Positions 9,213 to 19,730 of a DNA stretch of 64,000 nt are shown here, one piece after another (the stretch's first letter is position 1; each line of letters begins with the position of its first letter). The translations under genes and the position numbers were made by a program. The notes under the pieces are model-generated. The model had not been told where the DNA came from, did not search any database, and was given only the letters and a program-made list of their open reading frames with translations. The stretch is taken from IMG/VR virus record IMGVR_UViG_3300028829_004719. One strand, written 5' to 3'. Source of the stretch: a virus.

Positions 9213-10245
9213 TTAAATGCTCCTCGTATTGTTTAATTATTTTTGAGGATAAGTGCCCAAGTCCAAATTCTTGCAATATTGTAGAAATTCTATGAAATCC
9301 AGTATGATTTTTTTTCACTATGTCTTGTCCACTTTTAGCCAATCCTAAACGGTCAGCGGGGTTTTTTAAATAATGATCTGTCAACTCTTTAAAATGATTT
9401 GGATTATCTGCAAAAACTACTGAATCTTTAAATAATGTGTGGTATCCCTCTACATTATCACTAATACAAAAGCCTCCTGCATACAAAATTTTGAATATTC
9501 TTTCATTTACATCAAATCCATACTCCTGAGCATGTGGTTCGCTAAGATTGGGACAAATTTTTGCAGAAACGAAGAGATCTTTAACCTTTTCGTCTTGTAT
9601 CATGCCGCAGTATTGATTTACACGCCAAGGTTGATTTCCGAATATTTTAGTCTTGTATTTGCCTACTGGATTCAACAAGGGGAATAAGTACGGTTCTATT
9701 ACTTGTCCTTTATACGGCCAAAACCCTCCAACAAATCCAATATCACACTCTAGAGCGGGATCAAACTTGGCATCACCGTAAGATTCAGTATCTGCACACA
9801 TCATAAGTGATACGGGTTTAATTCCGATAGATTCAAAACGGTTATGCGTGTGTTGGATGGCGTTTGGTGTGTAGTGTATATGAATAAATTCTGGTTGACC
9901 TGTTTGATTTTTTAGATCTTCTAATACATTACGCTCTTTTACACCGCAGGTCAAAATATTAAACTTGTTATGATCAATATTTGGCGTTTGATCACCCCAG
10001 TCTCCTGCACGCAATCCAACCTTTAGATGCGGTCTTTCTTTAATACACTTTATGGTCGCTTTATCTAGATTATAGGCTTGACCCATAAAAATATCAGGTT
10101 GGAATTGATCGAATACATCAAATGCTGGACGGGAATTAATCTCCCAATACGCAACCTCAAATCCACACTTCATAAAAGCGTTTGCCCAAGCCATTCTCTG
10201 ATAGTGATGAGCGTGCCTACCATCTCCTGAAATCAATACTCTCAT
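9202..10245 (-). CDS. CgeB-like glycosyltransferase (GT-B)
   Basis: DIGFVGG, AKICPNLS, NERIFKILYAGGFCISD. Confidence 0.8.
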   Translation of the reverse strand: MRVLISGDGRHAHHYQRMAWANAFMKCGFEVAYWEINSRPAFDVFDQFQPDIFMGQAYNLDKATIKCIKERPHLKVGLRAGDWGDQTPNIDHNKFNILTCGVKERNVLEDLKNQTGQPEFIHIHYTPNAIQHTHNRFESIGIKPVSLMMCADTESYGDAKFDPALECDIGFVGGFWPYKGQVIEPYLFPLLNPVGKYKTKIFGNQPWRVNQYCGMIQDEKVKDLFVSAKICPNLSEPHAQEYGFDVNERIFKILYAGGFCISDNVEGYHTLFKDSVVFADNPNHFKELTDHYLKNPADRLGLAKSGQDIVKKNHTGFHRISTILQEFGLGHLSSKIIKQYEEHLIDE

Positions 10246-10940
10246 TGTATATCCTTTATCCTGTCTATTTCTAGTAAGTTTTTGTTCTTAGGCTCATAGC
10301 ATTGAAAAGAACCTCCAAGCTGAATCACTTCATTAATAATTTCGAAAGAGAGCCTCTTTTTGTCTTTATCCTCGTATTTGTTAAATAAACTTGTTAGTAT
10401 TTTATATTCTTTTCCTGTGAAAAACGCCATCTGTCCCCATTTTGTAGGAAGTCCATATGACAAGATTGACAAACGACCGCCAATCATTGTTAATCCAATT
10501 TCTTGGTCTTTGATATAGTCTTCCGTGTCTATAATAACAAAGGATTGAGAATAATCTACATTTATACAACTTTCGTTAAATAATATATCTCCATGAACAA
10601 ACATAAAATTTTTACATGAAGCATTGTTAAATGCCAATCTCAAACTCTCTGAAGAATTTGTTTCGTTATAAATTTGATTCTCAACTACTCTTGTAGAGTT
10701 TTTTATCTTTTTTATAACTTTGTTTGCATGACATCCAACAACTGTTATTATTTCTACGTCTTTAAAATAGTTATTAATAGTTGATAACTGATGTTCGATT
10801 AAAGGCTTAGAGTTTATTTTCAATAAACTTCGAGGCTCATAAGATTTGATTTTGCTTCCACATCCCGCAGCTAAAATAGCAACAGATATACTGCTATCGG
10901 CTATTTTAGATTTTTGAATTTTTGTCACAAATCGAGACAT
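10242..10940 (-). CDS. Nucleotidyltransferase (LicC-like NTP transferase)
   Basis: ILAAGCGSKIK..PRSLLKIN..PLIEHQ, FVHGDILF, EIDRIKD. Confidence 0.85.
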   Translation of the reverse strand: MSRFVTKIQKSKIADSSISVAILAAGCGSKIKSYEPRSLLKINSKPLIEHQLSTINNYFKDVEIITVVGCHANKVIKKIKNSTRVVENQIYNETNSSESLRLAFNNASCKNFMFVHGDILFNESCINVDYSQSFVIIDTEDYIKDQEIGLTMIGGRLSILSYGLPTKWGQMAFFTGKEYKILTSLFNKYEDKDKKRLSFEIINEVIQLGGSFQCYEPKNKNLLEIDRIKDIQ

Positions 10941-10945
10941 TAAAT

Positions 10946-11710
10946 TTATCCTGTGATTATTTTGACGTTTTGTTTAAAAATTTCAGGAGTCATCTTCATA
11001 GATTGATTCCTGCCGTGACAGTTAGCAACGCCTAAACATTCAGGGATATGCGTGGTCATACAAACCTTAGACAATCTCAACCATAAATCATAATCTTCTG
11101 TGCATCCGATAAACCCTTGACTAGCTGGTCCATGAAGTTCACTTCGATAAAATTCCCCGTTCGGTAACCGTATCATCTCTAGATATTTCTTTTTAATTAG
11201 TGCGTTACTATGAACCATGCAATTCTTTTGTAGTTCTATACTACAATAAGAATCTTTAAATTCTCTCTTGGTATAATTAGGAAACACGTTTTCGTAGTCA
11301 GCGTATGCCACTCCTACTTCTTCGTGTTCGACAAGTTTCGCTACCAGTTTCTCGACTTTCTTTAGGTAATAAGCGTCATCAGCATCAAGAACGCCAATAA
11401 TATCGGCCCAGTCCCAGCACATATCAATCGCTACATTACGGGCGACACTAGCACCAGAGTTCTCAATTCTTTTGGCAAAGACGAATTTGGGATCGCTTTC
11501 TGCAAATTCCGATATTAGTTCCCAAGAATTATCTGATGATCCATCATCTACAACATAAAGCTGTATCTCGCCTTGGTAGTATTGCTTTTGAATACTCTCC
11601 ATAGCAGCTAAAATATAGTCGCCATAGTTGTAGTTCGCACAAATGATTGCTACTTTAGGAAGCATTAAATTCCTCCCATTGTATAATATTTGTGTTTTCA
11701 CTTCGTTCAT
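10946..11710 (-). CDS. GT2 glycosyltransferase
   Basis: YNYGDYI, VVDDGSSD, ARNVAI, LDADD, EDYDLWLR. Confidence 0.95.
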   Translation of the reverse strand: MNEVKTQILYNGRNLMLPKVAIICANYNYGDYILAAMESIQKQYYQGEIQLYVVDDGSSDNSWELISEFAESDPKFVFAKRIENSGASVARNVAIDMCWDWADIIGVLDADDAYYLKKVEKLVAKLVEHEEVGVAYADYENVFPNYTKREFKDSYCSIELQKNCMVHSNALIKKKYLEMIRLPNGEFYRSELHGPASQGFIGCTEDYDLWLRLSKVCMTTHIPECLGVANCHGRNQSMKMTPEIFKQNVKIITG

Positions 11711-12458
11711 CTGCGGCTTTTACTTTGTCTAAGAATGAGCGACTATCTATAATTTCATCTTGAAAAATTTTAGTTTTGTTTCCATTAAGAAATTTAAACA
11801 GGTAAGCCGGGAATATCATATTATTAAATCCATCTTTAGGCTCTACCATAACTATTTGCTTCATATCTTTGTTTATCAACTTATGCAACTTGTCTAATGT
11901 ATCGGCAGGTACATGCATTCCGCTACTAATACACATAATCCAACCATTTTCTGCATGAGCGAAGGCGTTGTCCACCAAGACATGTACTCCTCTCGAATCC
12001 GTATGTTGCATAAGGTGATATTTAGTATCAGAGACTTCTCCAAAGTTTTCAATAAATAAGTTCCAGACTTCTTCATTGTATTCAACCTTATCAGTCACTA
12101 CAACCACATATGCTGCATTATGACTCATGTTTGCAATTGACTTAATAGTTAGCTCTAAAGCTTGAATAGCTTGTGGCTCATCTGTTTTAAGTCGAATAAA
12201 AAAGCCCATTCTTGGATAAATCTCTTTGAGCACTTCTAGATGGGGTTGCAATTTCTCGTCGAAACTTAAAGTAGACTGCCATTCATTAGGTCGATAAGCA
12301 TTGCAAAATCTAGATAAGACAAAATACTTCTGACTGTCGTCTAACCGTGGTTCAACACCTAGTTTAGACGGCCTCTCAAGATGGCAACCGCGTTGAGAAC
12401 CGTCTCGATCCATCGACGCAAAGACGCAGCCTTCACAATTCGTATTTATATTTTGCAT
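11655..12458 (-). CDS. Hypothetical protein with Cys-rich N-terminus
   Basis: 267 aa ORF; CEGC, C and FCNAYR motifs. Confidence 0.7.
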   Translation of the reverse strand: MQNINTNCEGCVFASMDRDGSQRGCHLERPSKLGVEPRLDDSQKYFVLSRFCNAYRPNEWQSTLSFDEKLQPHLEVLKEIYPRMGFFIRLKTDEPQAIQALELTIKSIANMSHNAAYVVVVTDKVEYNEEVWNLFIENFGEVSDTKYHLMQHTDSRGVHVLVDNAFAHAENGWIMCISSGMHVPADTLDKLHKLINKDMKQIVMVEPKDGFNNMIFPAYLFKFLNGNKTKIFQDEIIDSRSFLDKVKAADERSENTNIIQWEEFNAS

Positions 12459-12459
12459 T

Positions 12460-12927
12460 TTAAGACTTCCTTTCTAATGTCAGGATAAATGTATCTCTAT
12501 AAAACTGTTTATGAATCTCTACAAAGTTATCTGGTATGTATTTTTCTACTTCTTCAATAGCTAGGCACGATTTTAGAATCGGATCAATCTTAGTAACCTT
12601 AGACTGCTCACTAGTCTCTTTTTGCACAGATTTTGGTTCACTGTTGAACAACATATTATTGATATCTTCTAGAGAGGTTCCTCTATAAATTTGGTCAGCT
12701 ATGCTGTTCCAGTCGTAGTCTGATATCAAAACCCGTCCACCAATTCTAACTTTTGAAAAAACCAAGGATAAAACTTTAGGCAGATCTGCAAGTTTGAATG
12801 TAGATAAGAAAAACTCACAGGCGATATATGTGGCTTCGGCGTTATCTACTCCTTCAGAAAAAGAACGAATATCTTTATATGTATTTTTTGCTTGACTTTG
12901 AGGGTTTAGAGATATTCTCATTTCCAC
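12460..12927 (-). CDS. Short methyltransferase-like protein
   Basis: SKVRIGGRVLISD resembles the class I MTase L.PGG.L segment; no clear SAM-binding motif I. Confidence 0.45.
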   Translation of the reverse strand: MEMRISLNPQSQAKNTYKDIRSFSEGVDNAEATYIACEFFLSTFKLADLPKVLSLVFSKVRIGGRVLISDYDWNSIADQIYRGTSLEDINNMLFNSEPKSVQKETSEQSKVTKIDPILKSCLAIEEVEKYIPDNFVEIHKQFYRDTFILTLERKS

Positions 12928-13946
12928 TCTCCTATAATATGATAAAACAGTTGATTCCAGCCATCTATAAATCTTTTCAAGTTAAAGTCGGAGAGAATAG
13001 TTTGCCTTCCAGCCTCTCCAATCTTACGTGCTAAGTCTGGCTTATCTAATAACTCTCTGCACCAAAATTTCAGATCTGATGCGTTGTTGGCTATAATTCC
13101 GTTGACACCATGCTCAATGATTTCTGGTATCATACAAGTTCCCGTTGTGACAACAGGACAGCCGCACGCCATAGCTTCTAACATAACCGTTGGTACAGGT
13201 GAGTGAAGTGATGTATTTAAAAACACGGCAGCGGTTTGATAAAGCTGTCTCAAATGTTCTCTTGACTCAGCGGGCTGTGAAAATCCAGCATGTTCTCCTG
13301 TGCATTTTCCTACCACTTGACATGGTACGGACGATGCTACTTCTTTCCACAAATTAAACCCACAACACCAATCTCTGGTAGGGAACTCGTTGACTACCGA
13401 TAAAACATGATTTTCCTTATACAGCATAGTTTTATTACTATACGACTCACCCCAAAACTCTGTGTCAACACCATGCTCTATGATATAGCCTTGATCGAGG
13501 CCCCATTTATCCCTATTGTACTCAGAGATGAATGAGTTATATTTAATCGGCAAACTGTTATAATTTTTGATCTGTTGATCTACATCAAATCTAACATCGG
13601 GCAAAACATGACAATGTCGCAGAATAGGAGGTGCTGCCTGCTCAGCCATTCCTGTAGTTCCCGTTAGAATGTCATGAGCTACCTGAAGTCTATTACAACT
13701 TGTATGACTTAACACTAAATCAACATCTAACGATTCTGGCAAACTATCAATAATATGGTAATTTTCCGGAATAGGTGCATACGTTGTATCCCACTCTTTA
13801 CCATATCTTAATGAGTAGAAGTTGTGACCCGTCTTGCATAAGCTTTCTTCATATCTTTCATGAGTGGCAAATGTAAGGATGTTTAGTTTCTTAGGCGTGT
13901 CCCTCATATGATATCTTACAGATCTTGTACTTGCTCTAGACGTCAT
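12918..13946 (-). CDS. GT4 glycosyltransferase
   Basis: IEHGVD, VFLNTS, MLEAMACGCPVV, IIEHGVNG. Confidence 0.9.
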   Translation of the reverse strand: MTSRASTRSVRYHMRDTPKKLNILTFATHERYEESLCKTGHNFYSLRYGKEWDTTYAPIPENYHIIDSLPESLDVDLVLSHTSCNRLQVAHDILTGTTGMAEQAAPPILRHCHVLPDVRFDVDQQIKNYNSLPIKYNSFISEYNRDKWGLDQGYIIEHGVDTEFWGESYSNKTMLYKENHVLSVVNEFPTRDWCCGFNLWKEVASSVPCQVVGKCTGEHAGFSQPAESREHLRQLYQTAAVFLNTSLHSPVPTVMLEAMACGCPVVTTGTCMIPEIIEHGVNGIIANNASDLKFWCRELLDKPDLARKIGEAGRQTILSDFNLKRFIDGWNQLFYHIIGEWK

Positions 13947-15018
13947 TTAAAATCTCCTTAATCAATTGTCCCACAGCTTGATGACTATATCTATTTGACT
14001 TCTCAATACATTTCTCTGCAATACCCTGCTTCATTTCGGAGTTGGAAAGCATATCATACATACCCCTCATTGAACTGCATAGTTTTACAACATCAATTTC
14101 CCGCCAACGCGAATAAGCAGTGTCTAAATATGGAGGACTCTCTACAGCTCCAAAGCACGTCTGTAGCGTTGAAGGCACTGCCGTTCCATAACAATGATCC
14201 ATTCCTATGCCATCTGTCCAAATTGAAGGAACACCCATAGCTCCGAGTTCAAGAGACGGAATGCAAAACGCTTCACCTCTGCTCGGCATGACAAAACAGT
14301 CGATTTGATTTAGGAGTGACAAATACTCTTGTCTTTTTGGCATACCGGTAACGATTACCTCTTCTTTGTAACGGTTTCTTATTTTTAATCCGGATCTAAT
14401 ATGTTCAAGATACTTTTGTATAGATTCTAAATCTCTTTTAGATGTTTTGATAAATAACGAAACAGGTTCTCGCGGATCGAATGTCATATGGTAAGCTTGT
14501 ACCAAGGCTTTTAGGTTTTTCCTCTCGATGAATTCACCAACAAACCCAAATGTAAAGCTAGACACAAGTGTGTCGATAGGCATACCCTTGGGAATGTTAG
14601 CATACTCAGAAAGATCTAGAGAATGAGGCACGACTTTAACAGGAACCCCTACTGCACTTTCAATAGCAATTTGCTTTGTCGTTTCACTAGGAACCCAAAT
14701 CTCATCCATAAGATTACAATTTCTTACCCATCTTTGTGTAAAATTGGTCGTTTCAACAGCTAAAAATCCAATATTTTTATATTTACCATTATAAACATAA
14801 TTGTGAGGAAGTGTATGCTGAATTACAACGTCACAACCCGTGTTTTTTTTACCTTCTAATTCTAAAATGTTTGGCTCAACTTTTGCATCATTTTGTTCGT
14901 AGGTTATAGCCCTCGGAACAACTTCGATCCCTACGCTATTCATTGCTAAGATATTATTTACGGCTGCGTTACCCCAGCCCGTTCCGTCTTTATAATGACC
15001 TATGTATAAAACTTTCAC
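13936..15018 (-). CDS. GT4 glycosyltransferase
   Basis: ERKN, FVMPSRGEAFCIPSLE. Confidence 0.9.
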   Translation of the reverse strand: MKVLYIGHYKDGTGWGNAAVNNILAMNSVGIEVVPRAITYEQNDAKVEPNILELEGKKNTGCDVVIQHTLPHNYVYNGKYKNIGFLAVETTNFTQRWVRNCNLMDEIWVPSETTKQIAIESAVGVPVKVVPHSLDLSEYANIPKGMPIDTLVSSFTFGFVGEFIERKNLKALVQAYHMTFDPREPVSLFIKTSKRDLESIQKYLEHIRSGLKIRNRYKEEVIVTGMPKRQEYLSLLNQIDCFVMPSRGEAFCIPSLELGAMGVPSIWTDGIGMDHCYGTAVPSTLQTCFGAVESPPYLDTAYSRWREIDVVKLCSSMRGMYDMLSNSEMKQGIAEKCIEKSNRYSHQAVGQLIKEILNDV

Positions 15019-15704
15019 TGGCTAGACTCTCCTAACTCCATAAGCTGTTCTTTAAAATCAGAAGATCTGGTACTAACTGTTTTTTTATGCAGATGTTTAA
15101 ACTTTTCAAACATCTCTTCGTTTAAATACCAATCTTCGACAGGACGATCAATAAACTCCCCAACATTTTCCCAGATAGGCTTGTATCCTAAACTCATAAA
15201 TTTATCTCTATCTAGTTTGTGCCTTTTTACTACTTTAGTCTTGTGTTCTTCGGTGTGGTTTTGATCACAGTTTGGATATGACTGAAACAGATTATGTTCA
15301 TAGGTTATAATCTTAAATTTATACTTTTCAAAATCCAGTTCTTCAAAAACCTTTTCTTGTGCATCATCAACATCAAAAGATAAATAATCAATTTCTGTAG
15401 GACAGTTTGCCTCTTCTAAGATTTCATTTATATTTCTCTGCATTAAATCTTCACATAAGATTTTAGCGTTCCTTTTAGTGCGAATAAAGTCACACCATCT
15501 TTTATCATAATCTATAGCTATCCCTGTCCAACCCGAATACCACTCTAAAAAATAGGTATTACTAAAAAAACCGGGATCATTTTCTCTGGGTGGTAACTGT
15601 CCAGTTCCCGCCCCGACATCGAGGAAACAACCTGTAGTTTTTCCTCCTGTTATTGACCAAACAAAAAAATCTTGATAGAACTGTGACTTAGACTCTAGCC
15701 GCAT
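15015..15704 (-). CDS. FkbM-like methyltransferase
   Basis: SQFYQD, FLDVGAG, SNTYFLE..GWTGIAID, IDYLSFDVD, ITYEH. Confidence 0.85.
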   Translation of the reverse strand: MRLESKSQFYQDFFVWSITGGKTTGCFLDVGAGTGQLPPRENDPGFFSNTYFLEWYSGWTGIAIDYDKRWCDFIRTKRNAKILCEDLMQRNINEILEEANCPTEIDYLSFDVDDAQEKVFEELDFEKYKFKIITYEHNLFQSYPNCDQNHTEEHKTKVVKRHKLDRDKFMSLGYKPIWENVGEFIDRPVEDWYLNEEMFEKFKHLHKKTVSTRSSDFKEQLMELGESSQ

Positions 15705-17358
15705 TAATTTTACCTCTTAATTTTTCGTAATCATTCCAAAGTCTTCTCATATTAATAAGCTCTTCTACGGCATTTAGCATATTAAATTTTTGGTATTTTT
15801 CAACTTTTGGTAAATGAGATTCGTTATAATAATAATCATCTTCTGCATTGTAGACGCGATATCCAAAAGTAATATCTTTAATTACTTTACCCCAAAAATA
15901 TCCACCAATCCATTCAGGCTTGTGTAAAATATTACTAAATATAAAATCCACCTGATCAACAAGCTCTGTCATTCCTGTTGGCATTTGGGTATTTGGCTCT
16001 TTGATATTTATTGGAGATAACCAAGTCTCATTAATGTCTTTCATAGGTATCGTTTTAAAATGATCGATCCATACCTGTGCAGTTTTATCCCAATTATAAT
16101 ACTCTCTTGCTAGTTTTTCAGACCTCTGTCCTATTTCTTTTAATCCGACAGCTCTAGCAATGTTTGTTTGATTTATAGTATTAGAAGGCGTGTAAGATTT
16201 TATAATTTCTACTAACTGATTATTATCTGGCATTGCTCTATAGCAACCAGTTTCACACTCCATACTTAGTGCTATAGGCTCTATAGAAATAGCTCCAATG
16301 TTTTTAATTACTGATTCCATTGCGGAATAGTTAACTGACACGACCGGAAGACCACAGTAAGCAGCTTCCAGTTGTGGCATCCCAAACCCTTCGCTATTGG
16401 CATACTGTACATACATATCGAACAGGTTGTAAACTTTGTTAAGTTCCTCGTCGTTAATAGAGTTGTCAACACCTGCTAATCTTTTAGAAAGCGTTTTACA
16501 TTTTTCGCAATAACATACAACATCTTTGTAAAAATCTACACTAACAGATTTACAGTCAGAACATCTATAAGTAAATAAAACTCTATTATTTAATCCAAAC
16601 TTATCCAATAACTCTGGAGTTTCCCAGCCAATATCTGGATAATACTTGTGGCAATAAAGAAATACATTTGATCGTTTTGTAGAGTCTAGGAATTTTCTAA
16701 ACGCTTTGAATAAATCTGGATACAATTTTCTACGTTGGTTACGCATTACGGTTCCGATGATAACCGAATCTGGATCTAGTCCCATCGCGTCTTTATGTGC
16801 GGCTTTGTCCTTGACGGGCTTGAAAGCTGCACCCGCCGCCGGAGAAGCTATGTCTATAAAGTTTATTTGGTCACTCTGGTTTAATAATGTTTGTTTGCCA
16901 AATTCAGAATATGCAAAAACTGAATCCGCATCCGAAAATGTATTCATCCATTGACCATTTTGAGGCATAGCGTCTACAGTCGGCATAATTGCCCAATGGA
17001 AAAAATCCCTAAACGGGGACCGTTGTTCAAACTCAAACATCCACCAATCGCGAATATCCATCACGATATCTGGCATAAAATCAATTAATACATGGTTAAA
17101 CGTTTGCTCGCCAAAAACTCTTGAAGGATGAGAAACATAGGTAGAAAATTCCGGATCGCTTTCTAAAGGTCTATTGGCATAGACTTTCCAAGGTCGTTTA
17201 TTAATTTCTGGATCGTCTCTGTCTATGTAACATGCAAGTTCTGCGATCTCAAATTCTTCTACTTTATGTAAACGAGTAAGAATTTCATTACCGTAAGTGC
17301 CATATCCCGTCCCCTTCCACGAAGCTTCATTAACCCATAGTATTCTTTTCTTCCTCAT
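15688..17358 (-). CDS. GT4 glycosyltransferase with internal CxxC pairs
   Basis: NQRRK, YANSEGFGMPQLEAAYCG; CSDC and CEKC. Confidence 0.9.
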   Translation of the reverse strand: MRKKRILWVNEASWKGTGYGTYGNEILTRLHKVEEFEIAELACYIDRDDPEINKRPWKVYANRPLESDPEFSTYVSHPSRVFGEQTFNHVLIDFMPDIVMDIRDWWMFEFEQRSPFRDFFHWAIMPTVDAMPQNGQWMNTFSDADSVFAYSEFGKQTLLNQSDQINFIDIASPAAGAAFKPVKDKAAHKDAMGLDPDSVIIGTVMRNQRRKLYPDLFKAFRKFLDSTKRSNVFLYCHKYYPDIGWETPELLDKFGLNNRVLFTYRCSDCKSVSVDFYKDVVCYCEKCKTLSKRLAGVDNSINDEELNKVYNLFDMYVQYANSEGFGMPQLEAAYCGLPVVSVNYSAMESVIKNIGAISIEPIALSMECETGCYRAMPDNNQLVEIIKSYTPSNTINQTNIARAVGLKEIGQRSEKLAREYYNWDKTAQVWIDHFKTIPMKDINETWLSPINIKEPNTQMPTGMTELVDQVDFIFSNILHKPEWIGGYFWGKVIKDITFGYRVYNAEDDYYYNESHLPKVEKYQKFNMLNAVEELINMRRLWNDYEKLRGKINAARV

Positions 17359-17364
17359 TATCTC

Positions 17365-17670
17365 TCACTTCAAAATTTTAAAACTGGTAACTCTGAAATA
17401 TGTAACATAATCTTCTTCTTGTTCTTGATGATTACGAGCAACAGCCTCCACCGCAATTAGTCCCTGTTTTTCCGAATATTTTTCGATAGCTAGTGCGGCA
17501 CTATCCCACGCTTCAAACATCAAGTAAGTAAGATCTCTAGTCTTTCCTTCTGTCCCTTTCCCCTTTCTAAATTCTTCAATTTCTAATTCAAATATACAAT
17601 ATGGAACTCCGTTGTCTAGTTCCACTTCTACATTATGCGTAAGTTTGCCTAAAAAATGACATTTATTCAC
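17365..17670 (-). CDS. SSB-like OB-fold protein
   Basis: NKCHFLGKLT ... FEAWD.AA ... AVEAVAR pattern of SSB proteins; lacks the acidic tail. Confidence 0.65.
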   Translation of the reverse strand: MNKCHFLGKLTHNVEVELDNGVPYCIFELEIEEFRKGKGTEGKTRDLTYLMFEAWDSAALAIEKYSEKQGLIAVEAVARNHQEQEEDYVTYFRVTSFKILK

Positions 17671-17680
17671 ATACTACCTT

Positions 17681-18832
17681 TCAAATTTGAGACACTTGAT
17701 TTACGATAAAAGAGTCTTTGTCTTTAGAATTTACTTCGCCCATCAATAAAACGGTATTACTTTCTAAAAGTAAATCTTTATATTTCTCATACGCTTCTGG
17801 AAACGTAACTACATCTTCCAAAGAACCGCTGCCATCTTCAACTGTAAGGAATGCCATCTCTTGACCGGGAGTTTTACCCTTTTTTGTCTTGACAACTTTG
17901 ATACGTACAATTTCAACAGCAAGATTTACTTTCTTTGTTATCACACGATTAGCTACGTCTTGACACATATTTGTTGCCATATTCAAATCTAATCCGTCAA
18001 CTTTACTACAAGTAAGACTACATGACATGTACTTTTCTTCATCTATAGCGAGCATTCCGATTTTATCATTCAAATCGTAAAACGGATTATCTAAAGATAC
18101 TTTTATATCGTCTACAGTCGGCTTTCTTCTAGAGTTAACCTTAATAGACCGAAACATATTGTCGATAGCTTCTGATAAAGAACCAGAATAGACAGATGGG
18201 TCTGAACTTTTATAGTTGTCTACAATAGCCTGTTGCTCTCTCGTTGAAAGTTGCTTCCAGCTATCAAACTCATACAACATTTTCTGTCGGCTTTCAAGAT
18301 TATTTTTACCATTAAAAGCACCAACGGAAATAAGTGCAATAGTAGCACGCTTGTTGAGCCTTAAACCATGAATTAGATAAATAAGACAATCCATCCAAGT
18401 ATAATTTTGAACATCTGTCTCTTTAATATACTCAATTATCTTTTCTGATTCTTTCCCGACATGTTTTACGTGCCTCAATCCATACACAATTGTGTCTTGT
18501 AGGGGATGTCTAAAGAAATCGTTGAACAAGTGTTGTAATCTTGGAGGCAATACTTCAATATTAGAAGCTTTTGCGTCCATAATCAACTCCTTTTTTTCAA
18601 TGTCTGGTTTGGGCTTTTTCTCTGCTCTGTTAAGATATTTCTCATAGAATTTTTTACGTCGATAAAATTTACAATAAGCAGACCAATAAGCATTGAAAGC
18701 ATAAGACACCGCATGAGAGTTGGATGTCGCAATACCGTCGCCATAAAACACATGAGATTCGTTGCTAACCTCGATGTCCATTGTTTTTGTATGCCCAACT
18801 ATTCGAACGTCAGTAACTTTTTTAGCTTGCAT
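17681..18832 (-). CDS. dnaE: DNA polymerase III alpha, C-terminal piece, preceded by the C-half of a split intein
   Basis: MQAKKV...GIATSN followed by SHAVSYA; C-terminal OB fold KTKKGK...MAFLTVEDGSG...VTFPEAY. Confidence 0.95.
   Translation of the reverse strand: MQAKKVTDVRIVGHTKTMDIEVSNESHVFYGDGIATSNSHAVSYAFNAYWSAYCKFYRRKKFYEKYLNRAEKKPKPDIEKKELIMDAKASNIEVLPPRLQHLFNDFFRHPLQDTIVYGLRHVKHVGKESEKIIEYIKETDVQNYTWMDCLIYLIHGLRLNKRATIALISVGAFNGKNNLESRQKMLYEFDSWKQLSTREQQAIVDNYKSSDPSVYSGSLSEAIDNMFRSIKVNSRRKPTVDDIKVSLDNPFYDLNDKIGMLAIDEEKYMSCSLTCSKVDGLDLNMATNMCQDVANRVITKKVNLAVEIVRIKVVKTKKGKTPGQEMAFLTVEDGSGSLEDVVTFPEAYEKYKDLLLESNTVLLMGEVNSKDKDSFIVNQVSQI
18719..18832 (-). mobile_element. Split intein, C-half (38 aa)
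   Basis: Block F TMDIEV and block G ending SN, +1 Ser of SHA. Confidence 0.9.
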
Positions 18833-19701
18833 TTAATTTTCTCCGTATTGTTAACAATATCATCTTCCCAAATTCTTATTAAGGCATGATGATTAGCCTG
18901 ACAGAATTCATTCTTTTTTTGATCTCTGTAGTGATTTATTTTCTGTGTTTTGGTTTTTGGTTCTGGGTAAAATTTTGGATTTGAATGATAATAGTCGCCA
19001 TCAACTTCTATAAGTACATGAAGATCTGTTAGATAAAAATCAAATGACCAATACTTTATAACATACTCTTCTTGAAATGCAACTCCTAACTCAGTTAATA
19101 TTTCTAAAAGTATTAAATGAGGTCTTGTTCTTGTTTGTTTGAGCTTTCCTTCTTTTATTGCCTTCAACGTCGCTTGTCGCATTTTGTCTTTCGACTCTTC
19201 GGAATGTTTGCATCCAGTATGACCATGTGTTTTTCTTTTTTTTGCAGATTCAGACTGCCTGCGTTTTGTCTCGTCTGTGACGACTCTTCCTGCCATCTTG
19301 TCAGAAACGGTCATCAGACCTGTAGAGTCATTTTTTGTTTTCCCAAAATTCCAAGGCTTCTTGTTGTACATTGGATTGTTTTTTCCTCTTCGTGATACTT
19401 TAGCCTCTTTACTCCATTTTTGAACGCCTTTATTCCTTCCACATTTATAATTCCGCCAAGAGAAGTTAGCCTTACTCTTCCACGTTAAATTAACAACTTG
19501 TTCACATACACCACAAGAACATCTTGGTCTATCTGTTATCGACTCAAAGTATTCTTCTGGGGTCATTTGATGAGAGTTCTTTAAGTGCTTTACGAAAACC
19601 TCAGTATAGTATTTTCCATTGCCGCCCAAGTCTTTAGATAACTGGTTTATTTTACATCCACAAATTTTACATGTATGCCAATCTTCTTTGTTTATAGCCA
19701 T
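18799..19701 (-). CDS. Free-standing homing endonuclease (NUMOD3 repeats plus Vsr/DUF559-like domain) inside dnaE
   Basis: NNPMYNKKPWN, GRVVTDETKRRQS, HSEESKDKMR repeats; FDFYL...IEVDGDYYH...D..K...IRIWE. Start MAINKE at 19701 has a GGAGG SD (ORF track starts at 19743). Confidence 0.85.
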   Translation of the reverse strand: MAINKEDWHTCKICGCKINQLSKDLGGNGKYYTEVFVKHLKNSHQMTPEEYFESITDRPRCSCGVCEQVVNLTWKSKANFSWRNYKCGRNKGVQKWSKEAKVSRRGKNNPMYNKKPWNFGKTKNDSTGLMTVSDKMAGRVVTDETKRRQSESAKKRKTHGHTGCKHSEESKDKMRQATLKAIKEGKLKQTRTRPHLILLEILTELGVAFQEEYVIKYWSFDFYLTDLHVLIEVDGDYYHSNPKFYPEPKTKTQKINHYRDQKKNEFCQANHHALIRIWEDDIVNNTEKIKCKLKKLLTFE

Positions 19702-19730
19702 TAGTATGCCTCCTGTTAATAAGTGCCATG

